Below, in pieces: positions 1 through 10,600 of a stretch of DNA of 60,502 bases (its first letter is position 1; the number at the start of each line of letters is the position of its first letter). The notes below the pieces were generated by a model. The model ran no database searches. It was not told the DNA's origin and was given only the letters and a program-made list of their open reading frames with translations. This stretch comes from a virus. Lineage: Duplodnaviria > Caudoviricetes. The DNA is taken from positions 1-60,502 of IMG/VR virus record IMGVR_UViG_3300023175_000036. The stretch is one strand, 5' to 3'. The position numbers and the translations under genes were made by a program.

Positions 1-997
1 CATTCATTAAATCTTCAGCAGTTAGTTCTTCTGCTTTAGTTGCTTCGCTTACTAGTTTGTAAATGTAAGGGAACACGTCTGCTAGTTCTTCGTTAAACTG
101 TTTAATAGTTAATTGATCGATCCAGTTTTCAGCAACATCACTAGGAACTTCTTCTAGTACAGCAGTTTCAAAACCTTCAAATGCTTCTTTGTAGTATGCT
201 GGCTTTTGTAGAGATTCTAGTGTCTTTTTAACTGTGGCGATACGTTCTTTAACAACATCCATGTAACCTGCTAGGCTTTCTGCCATTACTGCTGATCGTC
301 CCATGTAAGTTTTAAACTTGCGTAGTTTGTTCATTTCTTCTGACATACTTACAATATGCTTACCAAAATCATCATAAGCATTGCCGCCTTCTGCAACGTG
401 GCGTGCCATTGCTCTTGCGCCTGTTAGATGCTTGTAAGGATATTTGAATCTTTCACCTTCTGAACTTTCAATATAAAGGCCGCCGACTTTCTTTGCTCTG
501 CCTCCTGGTGCTGCTTGATCAATACTTTCTGTGTGTTTGATCATCAAACGTGCTCCATCAAAATCTTGATAACTTACTCTTGATGTGCCATACATTTTAG
601 ATTCTGTCATGTTCTCTTCCCCGCCACGGTTTTTTGCTAAAAATTTATAATCTCTACTATTTAAGTTTGACTTTGTAATATCTCTAGTATCAAATGTTAG
701 TGCTCGCTTTCTAGCAAACATACGCAATTCTTTTAAAAAGTTATACCAATTGTTTTTAGTAATGTCGCCTTCGTTAGCAACTAAATCTTCACCGTATACA
801 ACTGCTATATTTTTATTATCTAAACTTATACTAACTTTACCAACAGGGCGACCTTCATTCATAAAGTTAAAATCAAAATAACGAGCTAGTTTAGGCTCAT
901 TGGTTACATTGCCTTCCTCGTCACCAATAGTAACACTAGGAAAACGTCCACGTATTTTGTTAAAAAGTTCGTCTGCTATTAAGTCTAAGTTCTGCAT
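1..997 (-). CDS. Partial phage hypothetical protein, probably head-associated; runs off the left edge
   Basis: Not in the ORF track. ATG at 997-995 reads MQNLDLIADELFNKIRGRFPSVTIGDEEG...ERFKYPYKHLTGARAMARHV and stays open toward the window edge. GATAAATA lies 4 nt upstream. Confidence 0.75.
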   Translation of the reverse strand, partial: MQNLDLIADELFNKIRGRFPSVTIGDEEGNVTNEPKLARYFDFNFMNEGRPVGKVSISLDNKNIAVVYGEDLVANEGDITKNNWYNFLKELRMFARKRALTFDTRDITKSNLNSRDYKFLAKNRGGEENMTESKMYGTSRVSYQDFDGARLMIKHTESIDQAAPGGRAKKVGGLYIESSEGERFKYPYKHLTGARAMARHVAEGGNAYDDFGKHIVSMSEEMNKLRKFKTYMGRSAVMAESLAGYMDVVKERIATVKKTLESLQKPAYYKEAFEGFETAVLEEVPSDVAENWIDQLTIKQFNEELADVFPYIYKLVSEATKAEELTAEDLMN

Positions 998-1001
998 ATT
1001 G

Positions 1002-1009
1002 TATTTATC
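1002..1009 (-). promoter_or_regulatory. T4-like late promoter GATAAATA overlapping the terminase stop codon
   Basis: Close match to the T4 late consensus TATAAATA; the motif recurs upstream of many genes here. Confidence 0.65.
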
Positions 1010-2588
1010 ATATGTTACTACTTATGAAGATTGGCATAGGCATTTCATAATCTTCAATATGTTCTGCTTGATTAAACGTATTATACACTCTTGGATCCCA
1101 ATCTTTTAATACTGCCATCATTCTTATAGCAAGTAGTGTTGCACTTATCAAATCGTCAGTCATTCCTGATTTTGCTTGATAACTTGATCCTGTAGCAACA
1201 TAGCCTTTTAGTTCTGATATAAAAGGCTTGCTGTGTATAATCATTTTATCATTTTCTACCATAGTCTTTAAGCGACTACAAGCAGTAATTTTTGTTGAAT
1301 GTGTGGTGTTAAAGCCTTTGCGGAACTTCCTAACGTGACCCTTTCTTATGGGTTCACTAACGAACAACCCCGGAATGTTCTCTTCCCCAAAATCGTTTAT
1401 AACGATTAGTGCCGCTTCGCCTATACCATTATTCTCAACACTCCAATATATGCTATTTGCTGATTTAATTTCTTGTTCTATATACTTACAAATATCACTT
1501 AAAATTCTTATCTGCCCAGGTATACCTGTTTGATTGTGCTGCCATTCAGCAACTTGTTCGTAACTAGGTAATTCCCATACTTGTATTGCAGCATAATCTC
1601 CACCTGTACCCATTGAAGGATCAAGTGCTACTGCATATGTATATTGACTGGTAGGTTTTTTATACCAACGTGTTTGTCCCATATTAAGTATAGGACTATT
1701 ACCTTCCATTGCAGCAAGTTTAATTGAGTTAATGAGTGTTTCGTCAAATACTAAGAATTCACATCCGTATTCACGACGGAACTTTTCTTCACCAATACGT
1801 CCAATCTCATCATCACGCCATTTTTCATCTCTATCAGGATGTTCTTCCCAACTTGCCCTAAATGCATGGAATCCGTTTATGCCTACTTCGCTTTCGTTTC
1901 CGTATTCATCAAACTTTTGTTCTGCTTGTTTCCAAATAGTAGCGAATGTATCTTCATCTGAGTTAGGTGTGCTAGTAATAATAGCACGACCACCTGTTGC
2001 TAGTGTAGGAGATATTGAAGTCCAAAACTCTTCCGCAATGTTAGGTTGCACAAACGCAAACTCGTCACAGTATAGTAGCGAGATAGACATACCACGTCCT
2101 GTGTTGCCTGTAGTTGTTTGACTTACAATACGTGATCCATTTTCAAATTCGATGCTACCTTTGTTATAACTTGTAACACCTGCTCTAATATGATCTGGAC
2201 ATGTTTCATATACATAGCGAATACGTGCCATAATTTCCTGTGCACCTGTGTATTTGTGTGCAGCAATTAGAATAGTCTGATCTGGATTAAACATAGCATA
2301 CCATGCCAAATAAATTGCAGCACAAGTAGTTTTACCTGTCTGCCTAGGCATCATGTTAATGTTAAATCTATAACTATGATATGAATGCATTAACCGTAAT
2401 TGGTATTCGTAAGGGTCAAATAAAAGTTTACCTTTTACTGGATGTTGAATATATGCAAACTTACGTGCAAAGTGAAGATAACCTTCATCAGGATCCATAC
2501 ACTTTGCTAGGTCCTGTATTTGCGCTTCAGTATATGTTTCTTTAGTATTGGCTTTTTTGGTTAATACGCCGTCTAAACTCTTACTCAT
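1008..2588 (-). CDS. gp17: Terminase large subunit (T4 gp17-like)
   Basis: Walker A PRQTGKTT, Walker B LLYCDE, coupling motif ITSTPN, FRREYGCEF, RNase H-like nuclease ALDPSMGTGGDY and C-terminal DD. Confidence 0.95.
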   Translation of the reverse strand: MSKSLDGVLTKKANTKETYTEAQIQDLAKCMDPDEGYLHFARKFAYIQHPVKGKLLFDPYEYQLRLMHSYHSYRFNINMMPRQTGKTTCAAIYLAWYAMFNPDQTILIAAHKYTGAQEIMARIRYVYETCPDHIRAGVTSYNKGSIEFENGSRIVSQTTTGNTGRGMSISLLYCDEFAFVQPNIAEEFWTSISPTLATGGRAIITSTPNSDEDTFATIWKQAEQKFDEYGNESEVGINGFHAFRASWEEHPDRDEKWRDDEIGRIGEEKFRREYGCEFLVFDETLINSIKLAAMEGNSPILNMGQTRWYKKPTSQYTYAVALDPSMGTGGDYAAIQVWELPSYEQVAEWQHNQTGIPGQIRILSDICKYIEQEIKSANSIYWSVENNGIGEAALIVINDFGEENIPGLFVSEPIRKGHVRKFRKGFNTTHSTKITACSRLKTMVENDKMIIHSKPFISELKGYVATGSSYQAKSGMTDDLISATLLAIRMMAVLKDWDPRVYNTFNQAEHIEDYEMPMPIFISSNI

Positions 2589-2592
2589 GCTA

Positions 2593-2600
2593 GTATTTAA
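2593..2600 (-). promoter_or_regulatory. Late promoter (TTAAATA) 5 nt upstream of the terminase ATG
   Basis: Minus strand reads TTAAATA-CTAGC-ATG with no Shine-Dalgarno. Confidence 0.55.
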
Positions 2601-2601
2601 C

Positions 2602-2629
2602 CAAAAGAATAGGGCTTGAAAGCCCTATT
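2602..2629 (-). terminator. Intrinsic terminator
   Basis: AATAGGGCT-TTCA-AGCCCTATT hairpin followed by CTTTT on the minus strand. Confidence 0.8.
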
Positions 2630-2646
2630 GAATTATGATGGATTTA

Positions 2647-2913
2647 TTATACAGTAGTTGTACTGCCTACTTTAGCACTTGCACCTGTAACAGGTTTTTT
2701 ATTAGGTTCTTCTGGATCTGCTGCTAGAATGCCACCGTTAGGAAGAGCAGAACCACCTACCATAATACTTTCTGGTACTAGTCCGTGATCTGATTGTAGT
2801 TGTGCTTTAATAGATGCCTCAACATTTGTCTCGCTGTCATCTACAGTTACAAATGCTTCATGAGGTTTATCTTCAACTCCTGGACCCCAGTCTATTGTTA
2901 CCCAATATTGCAT
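2647..2913 (-). CDS. 88-aa protein with a ubiquitin-like (beta-grasp) sequence pattern
   Basis: AGGAG SD upstream and terminator downstream. MQYWV..[35 protein letters not shown] parallels ubiquitin MQIFV..[34 protein letters not shown]. The CDS is likely; the fold call is tentative. Confidence 0.55.
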   Translation of the reverse strand: [88 protein letters not shown]

Positions 2914-2934
2914 AGTTTATCTCCTAATACCTTT

Positions 2935-3615
2935 TTATTTACAACCACAACTGCTACAAGCCATTAATTTTTTCTTGCCTGGCTCGCCGCATTCAGGACA
3001 TTCACCTTCTTCGTCATCAGCTTCGTCATCAGCTTCTTTAAAGTTTGCGTATTCGTCTTTTAGTGATTTAAGAATTTGTTGTTCTAGTGTTTCTTCGTCG
3101 TCTTCTAAAGCCATTGGATTGTCACCGCCTGCTGTTGCAGGATATGATTTTTTAGACTTGTGTAAATCATCACCTGAATCAATTATATCATCAATTGACC
3201 CGTAACGCTCATCTGGCTCGTTATCGTATTCTGCTACTGCTTCATCGTCATTTTCAATAGAATCGTTGCAACTGCTCATACCAATGTGTACTTTGCCACA
3301 TTTTGGACAAGGTTCACTTTGCATGCCTGGCTTTAGATCGTCCATGTCTTTTGGACCGTCAACGATATCACGTAGTCTTTCCATATCTCTGCGCATTGGT
3401 AACATTTCTGCATCTGCAGGTTTTGCATCACTAAGACCTGCATTCTTCATCATATCGATTAAGTCTTGTACATGATCTTTACCACTTGCATTGATGCTTA
3501 CATTCATTGAAACAGGAGAGCCTTCAGTTGCTGGCATCGGTGGCTGCGGTGCCATTGGCATTCCTTCCATTGTTCCACATTCGTCTAGAGATTCTAGTAT
3601 TTTTTTCATTTCCAT
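2935..3615 (-). CDS. Acidic hypothetical protein with CxxC (Zn-ribbon-like) motifs, possibly a head/internal protein
   Basis: Long ORF abutting the upstream gene; CPKC, CPEC and CSSC motifs; D/E-rich. Confidence 0.65.
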   Translation of the reverse strand: MEMKKILESLDECGTMEGMPMAPQPPMPATEGSPVSMNVSINASGKDHVQDLIDMMKNAGLSDAKPADAEMLPMRRDMERLRDIVDGPKDMDDLKPGMQSEPCPKCGKVHIGMSSCNDSIENDDEAVAEYDNEPDERYGSIDDIIDSGDDLHKSKKSYPATAGGDNPMALEDDEETLEQQILKSLKDEYANFKEADDEADDEEGECPECGEPGKKKLMACSSCGCK

Positions 3616-4128
3616 TTAATTTGCCTCCGGTGCCGCTGCACTTGGTTCGTGCTCGCGTTCTTTACGAGCTTTTTCTAACTCTTTAAGAAGATCCATAACA
3701 CGGTTATTGCCAACACTTTCTTGTGCGCTTTCGCCAGCCATGTCTTCTTTGGTTAATAAGGTTTCATAAGTAGTATCTTCTGGCATTTCTTGATACTTTT
3801 CTTGCATTTCTTCTGGATTACGTACAATGATATATGCTTGATCAATATTACAGCACTGTCCAATATATTCTTGTAATACTGTTTGTGTTGAAGGATAATT
3901 TAACTCGACTTCAAAATATGTAACTTCCATGTTTTCTAGCTGGGGGAAATCTAGTGGACGTTCTTGTATTGGAGTCTTTTTACCTTTAGACATACTAGCA
4001 ACACTATACTTTTCCAAGCAAGTTTTAATGCTTTTTTCACAGCCTTCTGGTAGCTCTCCTGCAATACCTATTTTAAAATTGTAAGTCTTTTTAGACTCAT
4101 TTAATATTTCTTGAAATCTTGTTTCCAT
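3616..4128 (-). CDS. Phage hypothetical protein
   Basis: 170-aa ORF downstream of GATAAATA (4152-4159), in operon context. Confidence 0.7.
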   Translation of the reverse strand: METRFQEILNESKKTYNFKIGIAGELPEGCEKSIKTCLEKYSVASMSKGKKTPIQERPLDFPQLENMEVTYFEVELNYPSTQTVLQEYIGQCCNIDQAYIIVRNPEEMQEKYQEMPEDTTYETLLTKEDMAGESAQESVGNNRVMDLLKELEKARKEREHEPSAAAPEAN

Positions 4129-4150
4129 TGTACATATTTCCCGTTATATG

Positions 4151-4648
4151 TTATTTATCTTTATCGAGCCCTTTAAGTCTCTCTAGTAGGCTGTTGCGAT
4201 CAGTAACTACATATCCTTCGCCACTAATTATACCTTCGTCTGAGCCACTATCTTTATCCATTTTTTCTTTTTTAAGTTGTAGCTCAATCATTTTTAGTTT
4301 TTTATCTAGTTTAGCAGTTTTGGCATCTAAACTAGTTTTAAGCATACTACCAGCAACTTCAAAAACACGACCACTATAGCGACTTTCAACATTCATGCCT
4401 AAGTCCATTAAATCTTCATATGCTGTTAAAGCACGTTGGGCAATGTCTTCTAATTCAGAGTCTGCTTTGTCACCTAAGCCTTTTACTTGCGGTAATGCTT
4501 TAGAAATTTTATCAAAGTCTTCTATATCGCGAAAACTTTCTTCATGTGCGAGTTCGTGTTTAGCCTGGGCCTTTTCTTGTGCTTCGGCTTGTTTGATAAT
4601 CTCTTTAGAGTCATCCATGTTAAGCAAATCTTCTAGTTTTTTAGTCAT
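4151..4648 (-). CDS. Probable terminase small subunit (gp16-like)
   Basis: Helical 165-aa protein with AYEDLMDLGMNVE...RVFEVA..MLKT pattern and C-terminal DRNSLL; sits near terL. Confidence 0.55.
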   Translation of the reverse strand: MTKKLEDLLNMDDSKEIIKQAEAQEKAQAKHELAHEESFRDIEDFDKISKALPQVKGLGDKADSELEDIAQRALTAYEDLMDLGMNVESRYSGRVFEVAGSMLKTSLDAKTAKLDKKLKMIELQLKKEKMDKDSGSDEGIISGEGYVVTDRNSLLERLKGLDKDK

Positions 4649-4677
4649 AGTCCTTTACCATTATATGCTACTATTAT

Positions 4678-5115
4678 TTATCGTCGCTTGCCGTTGTGAA
4701 AAATATCTTGTTCAGTTATAATTCTAAAAAATATGCCTTTTTGTTTACAATATGCTCTTGCTGCTTCCCACTTTGCTTGATTAACTATCCAAGCAGCTTG
4801 ATTAGCTCTACTTCTACCTAGTTTTTCTTTAAGTGTTTGATTTTCTGGCTTTACTTCTATAAGCTCTACACGTTGTTTGCCTTTTCTATCTGCATATGCA
4901 ATAAAAAAATCAGGTACGTATATTGTATGTTTACCAGTTAGTGGATTTTTATAAGGAATTTTAATTGCTTCTGAAGCCCATTTTGCAACACTAGGGTGTT
5001 CGTCGCAAAACTTCATAAATGTAAATTCCCAACTTGAACGATAAGTTGGTGTCTTTGTGCCTACATACTTCTCAGGATTTTTGAGAGTAAATTTTCCTTG
5101 TGCAAATCGACCCAT
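4678..5115 (-). CDS. gp4: Head completion nuclease (T4 gp4-like, TnsA-type endonuclease fold)
   Basis: NPEKYVG..YRSSWE..FCD..WASE..IPY..YVPDF..IEVKP..NQAKWEAA motifs. Confidence 0.85.
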   Translation of the reverse strand: MGRFAQGKFTLKNPEKYVGTKTPTYRSSWEFTFMKFCDEHPSVAKWASEAIKIPYKNPLTGKHTIYVPDFFIAYADRKGKQRVELIEVKPENQTLKEKLGRSRANQAAWIVNQAKWEAARAYCKQKGIFFRIITEQDIFHNGKRR

Positions 5116-5121
5116 GACATT

Positions 5122-5499
5122 TTAGAAAATAATATTTCTCTTCTCAAGTTTTTCATATTTAGATGACACTTTAAATCCAAGTGTGCTTGTTTTTTCTCTA
5201 CTATAGTTTAATATATTAGTAACAATATCACTTAGTTGTGTTTTGTTTAAACCTTGTAAAGTGTCAATTAACTGAAACACTTTAATATTATCAATTTTTG
5301 CTTGAGTTAATAATGCTGTTGCAACTGCAATAGCACTAGTTTTTTCAAAGCCTCTTTTTTCAAAAAAACCAATTACGGCGTCTACGTCATTTGCAGGATA
5401 AGATACTGACTGTGTAAGATACTGATCAAAAAATTCTTTTACTTCTGAAGCACTGTCGTTAGATTCGTATTTTGGTAAATTTCCTGCTGTATTGGCCAT
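5122..5499 (-). CDS. Hypothetical protein
   Basis: 125-aa ORF translationally coupled (TAATG) to the upstream gene. Confidence 0.7.
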   Translation of the reverse strand: MANTAGNLPKYESNDSASEVKEFFDQYLTQSVSYPANDVDAVIGFFEKRGFEKTSAIAVATALLTQAKIDNIKVFQLIDTLQGLNKTQLSDIVTNILNYSREKTSTLGFKVSSKYEKLEKRNIIF

Positions 5500-6917
5500 T
5501 ATGTATTTCCTATTGGATTTTTCTGTGCAGCAATAGTATTATTGCCAGATTGTGTTTCAACGTATTTATTGAGTAGCTCGTTGGCTATAGACACCATTTT
5601 GGGATCTTCTTTATCTAATAAAGCAAATACTTCTGCTTGAATTGTTTCTTTTTCGTTTACTGTTAAAGAATCATATGCAGTCAAACTTTGTGCTGCACCT
5701 ACAGAAAATGCAGTAACTGATCCTGCAGCAACCCCTAGTGCAACTGCGCGACTAGCAACTTTATCTCTTAGTTCGGCATTTTCATTAAGTGTAGTTGTAA
5801 TTGTAGTAATTGGTAATTGTTTATTAGTTTTTTGTGTAGTTATTGCTTCTGCTTCAGTTACTTGCGAACCATTTCCTCCTGACTTAGGAAAACTTGTATT
5901 TGCTAGTCCACTTACATTTGTACCTGTTGCTGTTCTAATTGTTTGTCCTGCAACTTGGAATGCTTCATTACGTATTCCATCTTTTGTAAGTGTTTTTGCA
6001 TTTCTAACAGTACGTGCTGCTGTTAGAATTGTTCCTAAATCTGCCTTGCCGCTTGCTATATCACCTAGCACACTAACACCACCTGCAAGTACGCCCGAAC
6101 TTCCAAATAGGCTAGATGCACTACCTGCACTAATAGGACTAGGTGTTGAATCGTAATGTACACTTCCAAATCCTTTTGGAGTACTACCTTCTTCAATTGG
6201 ACCATCTGCATAGAATACTGTTTCGTATGCTACAGTCATTGAACTTTGCGTAGGTTCAGCACTTACACTATTATCTAGTGTATCATGTTGCCAACCTTCA
6301 ATAATTGGATTAACAAGAGTCATAGTTAAGTATTGATGACGTGCAAGTTGACTAATTTGTATGCTAGTAAAGAAAGGTTCAAATTGATTATTGTCTAAAC
6401 CATATCTATATGAATTTGCATCACTTCCTTTGTATGTATTAAATCTATCATAAGGACGAGCACTTTGATTTGGTGCGCCTGCACCATCTCTGCTGCCGTA
6501 TGTGCCATCTGCAAAATAATAGTTATAATATGCTGTCCATAATTGTGTTACAATACTATTATTATCATCATGGAAAGTAATAGTACAAGGACTATAATCT
6601 ATTCTAGTTTGTAGGTTCTTTTTACGGTTATATTTGTTTTTAGTTTCTACTTGTATATCAAACTTTGGCATAGTTATATTTTTTACAAGCATATTAACTT
6701 CATTACTATGTCGTTGTACCCATCCTGGTAAAACTTTGTTTACAACATTATCATTTAAGTTAAGAGTACAATGAAAAAGAAACTTTTGCTTAGGAGCAAG
6801 ACGAAAATTATCATCAGTAAATAGTCGTGCAGCATGAGTCCAGTCGCCCATGTTACCTTTAGGTGCTAATGCACCATTAACTAAATTATCAAAAAAACCA
6901 TTGAATATATTTGCCAT
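5499..6917 (-). CDS. Tail tube-like / baseplate-tube initiator protein (gp19/gp48/gp54 family) with C-terminal extension
   Basis: LVKNITMPKF..NKYNRK..IDYSP.TITFHDD..W..YY pattern; adjacent to the tail tube gene. Confidence 0.65.
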   Translation of the reverse strand: MANIFNGFFDNLVNGALAPKGNMGDWTHAARLFTDDNFRLAPKQKFLFHCTLNLNDNVVNKVLPGWVQRHSNEVNMLVKNITMPKFDIQVETKNKYNRKKNLQTRIDYSPCTITFHDDNNSIVTQLWTAYYNYYFADGTYGSRDGAGAPNQSARPYDRFNTYKGSDANSYRYGLDNNQFEPFFTSIQISQLARHQYLTMTLVNPIIEGWQHDTLDNSVSAEPTQSSMTVAYETVFYADGPIEEGSTPKGFGSVHYDSTPSPISAGSASSLFGSSGVLAGGVSVLGDIASGKADLGTILTAARTVRNAKTLTKDGIRNEAFQVAGQTIRTATGTNVSGLANTSFPKSGGNGSQVTEAEAITTQKTNKQLPITTITTTLNENAELRDKVASRAVALGVAAGSVTAFSVGAAQSLTAYDSLTVNEKETIQAEVFALLDKEDPKMVSIANELLNKYVETQSGNNTIAAQKNPIGNT

Positions 6918-6922
6918 ACTAA

Positions 6923-6930
6923 TATTTATC
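6923..6930 (-). promoter_or_regulatory. Late promoter GATAAATA 5 nt upstream of ATG
   Basis: GATAAATA-TTAGT-ATG. Confidence 0.65.
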
Positions 6931-6952
6931 CAATGTAATAAAGTGCGTATAT

Positions 6953-6978
6953 AAAGAAATAGGGGCTCGAAGCCCCTA
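6953..6978 (-). terminator. Intrinsic terminator after the tail tube gene
   Basis: TAGGGGCT-TCG-AGCCCCTA followed by TTTCTTT on the minus strand. Confidence 0.8.
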
Positions 6979-7011
6979 ATTCAGTTTGACGTGTTGACTT
7001 AAAAACTAATA

Positions 7012-7644
7012 TTAACCAGTTACTTGCGGAATAGATGCTACAACTTTTCCGAACGCACCGCCTACACCAACACCTGCGTTTTCGCCTGTTTGGATAGCGT
7101 TATCGTACTTAATAGTAAGTGAAACTGTTGCTGGCTCGTTAGCACTGTATGCTAGTGAGTTATAGTTTGCACTTTCCACATAACAACCGTATAGTTCAAA
7201 AGTTTCTAATGCGCTTACTGCATTGTTACCATTACCACCGTCTAGAACTTCAATTCTAGTTACAAATTTATAATCTATACCAGATGCTGCACTTGATTGT
7301 TCCATGAAGTCGAACTGTCTTTGTAACTGTTCGCCAACTAGTCTTGAAACTTTTCCTTCTGCATCATCTCTTAAGTTTAATGTAATAGCTTCCCAGGTAT
7401 GTTTACCTGCAAGATAAACTCTTGAGTTATATACGTCAACAGTCATTGTCTCGAAGCTCACGTTTGGTCTAGTAACATCAACAACTTGCTTAGTTAATTC
7501 AGTAACTTCGCCCGCCGAAACACCAAAGTTCTCCAAGCTCACTCTAAAGCGATATTGAAGTTTTGGCATAAGCAATCCTTGCGATGAAGGACTGCTATCG
7601 GTAGCCAATGGTACTGTGATTCTTGATAGTGATGAAATAGCCAT
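7012..7644 (-). CDS. gp19: Tail tube protein (gp19-like)
   Basis: Directly follows the sheath gene; YRFRV..RPNVSFE..YLAGKHTWE.ITLNLRDD..TIKYDNA; AGGAG SD and late promoter at 7668-7675. Confidence 0.85.
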   Translation of the reverse strand: MAISSLSRITVPLATDSSPSSQGLLMPKLQYRFRVSLENFGVSAGEVTELTKQVVDVTRPNVSFETMTVDVYNSRVYLAGKHTWEAITLNLRDDAEGKVSRLVGEQLQRQFDFMEQSSAASGIDYKFVTRIEVLDGGNGNNAVSALETFELYGCYVESANYNSLAYSANEPATVSLTIKYDNAIQTGENAGVGVGGAFGKVVASIPQVTG

Positions 7645-7679
7645 TTAATTTGCTCCTATGTTAATATTATTTATCATTT

Positions 7680-10600
7680 TTACAAGCCTGCTATTTCCCC
7701 AGTATTTTTCAAGCGTAGTGGAATGTAAATAAATTCAACTGCTTTAACTGGCTCAATCGCGATATCTAAGTATAGCTCGTTTCTATCTATACGTGCCGGA
7801 GTGTTGTTGCTTTCGTCACATACAACTAGGTAGTCGTATAGTGCTCTTGCTCCAACTAGCTCTAGCATTAAACTCTCTGCTGCCTGTTTGATCTGATCAC
7901 GTGTGATCTTATCATTAGGCTCAAAGATATATGGTTTCGCTAGTTTGTTCAACTGTCCACGTAAGTAAATTACTAAACGTGCTACGTTGATTCTATCTAG
8001 TGAACTTGCGCCTCTTGCACGAGTCTTTTGACCGTATGCAACTAGACCTGCTCCATTGATAAATGTAATCGGGTTAACGTTTACACTGTACAGTGTGTCA
8101 CGTTGTCCTTCGTTAAGTGCAATGCTTACAAATTCGCCTTCGCCATCAATATAACCTGTTGCTGTTGCGTTTGTAATACCACCGCGTCTTGTACCTGCTG
8201 GTGCAAACCATGGATAGCTAACTTGATCACTTAGTGCAATAGTACGTAGCATCATGTGACTTGGAGGAACAACAACATTGTTACCTGCGTTGTCGCTTGT
8301 AAAGCCCCATGGGTAGAAGATACCTAAGTATTCATCTCTACTTACTAGTCCGTCATCATTGTCTTCAACTGCTAGTGCAACGTTCTGACCCCATTCATTT
8401 AATGAAGTAGCGTCCGAAGTTAATCTTGCTGGAGAATCGCCAACAATAAATGCACTTAGTCCTCTATCATAGTTTAGACTGATCATTTCACCAATTAGTT
8501 CTGGATAACCTGGTGTAGCCATTAAGTTAAAGATACGTGATTCATCATCTCTAATGTCATCGTTACTATTAACTGTTGCTTGTAGTTGTTGTACAACAAC
8601 TTTACGCTGTGCGTGTCTACCAAATGATCCGCTACCATCTTCTTGGTTAGCAGATTCAGTAACCCAACGATTTGCATCATAAGATGCCATTGATACGTCA
8701 TTCATTCTTGGGTTATCAGCTGTTTTGTCAATGTAATTGCGTACAAATTTCTTAACGTTAAAGCCGCTTCTACGCATGTTCCAAAGTAGCATACCTCGTG
8801 GGTAAAGTGCTGGATCTGGAGCATCTGGATCTAAGAAGTCGCTGGATAGTAGTTCATCAATAGTAGCTTCTTCACTGCCACCTGTTGTATTCCAACGTGC
8901 ATCTGCAAAAAGAACACCATTTTCTGTAGTTTGATCTGACTTATCAATTAGTCTCCATTCTTGAGCATCATTGTTCCAACGTCTAATAGTTGGATAATTT
9001 TCTAAGTCTGATGTATCAACCCAAATGTCTTGATCTACTGGACTGCTTGGCTCGCTTGCTGCAACGGTAGTACCATTACTTGAACTATGTAGTGTGTTAT
9101 ATCCTACCCAAGTAGTACCATTGTGTACCATCATGTCAACTTCGTCTACAACTGAGCTGTACCATAGTGTACCGTCTGCTGTTGTTGAAGTTGGAGCATC
9201 TGCTGAAGCAGTAAATGTTGTTACTGGTGCCCAGTTAGAAATAACTAGTTCATTAGTTGAGTCACCTGTTGGTGCATCATAAACATTATCAGCTGCACTT
9301 GTAAATCCTAGAAGTGTTAGTGGGCTAGTAGCCGAACCATCATCTAGTCTAATGTCGCCGCCTAGTGTATGCTCAATAACAACTTTGTTATTTGCATCTA
9401 CTGAAGCAACAATATTAGTAAAGCCTGCTGCGTTAATAGCATCTGCCATTGTGTCTGCGTCAGCTGCTGTACCTGCTGCTGTAAAGCTAACAGTTTTTTG
9501 TGCGCTTAGAGCACCGCTTTCGCCTACTTTAGTTTCTTGTGCTTTAAATGAATATGTAGTTGCTCCTGTTAACTGAGCTGCTACTATTGCACTTGTAGCA
9601 GTTGTTCTGCCACTTGCTGCTCTTTTGAATACTTTAAAATCACCTAGTTTACTTGCTGCTTCAGTCCAGTTGTACTGTACATAAAGATCGTCAACTGCTA
9701 GGTTTGCTCCACCGCCGGCTTTATCTAGGCCTTCTAATGCTGCTTGGTTAGTAGCATAAATTGGTGCGCTAATTAGATCCCAAAGTTCAGTGTCAGCGTT
9801 CCAAGATTTAATTCTCCATCTTGCACCACTGTTTGGTTCTGTAGTTTTAATCCATATACTTCCTGTTGGACGTTCTGTTTGACCTGAACCTGATGATTTC
9901 CATTGTGGAACACTTGTATGAGGATCAATTGCTAGTGCTGGAACATTATATGTTGCTCCGCCTGCTGTAATACCTAATGTTGCTGCTAGGTTATTGTTAC
10001 CTTCTGTAACTGTGAAACTTGAAGAAACACTACCGTCATTGTAAATTACTAACTGGTTGTTAACATTTGCTAATGAAACACCTGTACCACTTAGTGTAGT
10101 ATTTGAATCAGTAACAATAGTATCTAGTGAAGTTGCTGATCCACCGCTTGCTGCTGCTGTAACATTGTAGTTATTGCCGCCGACGCCAATAACAAATGCA
10201 TCAGTGTCAAGTAGTGAGCTTGCTACAGAACCTGTAACAACAACTGAACCAGTTACACTAGGAACGCTACCTACCCAGTCAGTTGAGCCAACTTGTACCC
10301 AAGTACCGCTTTGATTTTTATACCATACTCTGTATACAGTTGAAAGGCCTGCTGTAATAGCGTAGTCGCCAATTGCGCCTACTGAACCTTTTGGTGTATA
10401 TGGAGTGCTACCGCTTGTTTTAGCAGAATCAGTAATTACAATAGGAGTCTTTACAGAAAAACTCTGTCCGCCTGCTGTTGACGCTGCTGCGCCATTCCAC
10501 TCAAAAATACCAAATGCAGATGAAGCAGTATCTACCCAAAGAGCGCCGTCTGCTGGATCGCCTGCTGGTGCATCTGCTGTTGCTTGTAAAGAACCTAAGT

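Noticed and set aside
1008-2588. Intein or intron in the terminase
   Set aside because: Length and motif spacing are ordinary, with no splice-junction or LAGLIDADG motifs.
4678-5115. Tn7 TnsA transposase / mobile element
   Set aside because: The same fold is used by T4 gp4-like head completion proteins; there are no other transposon genes or ends.
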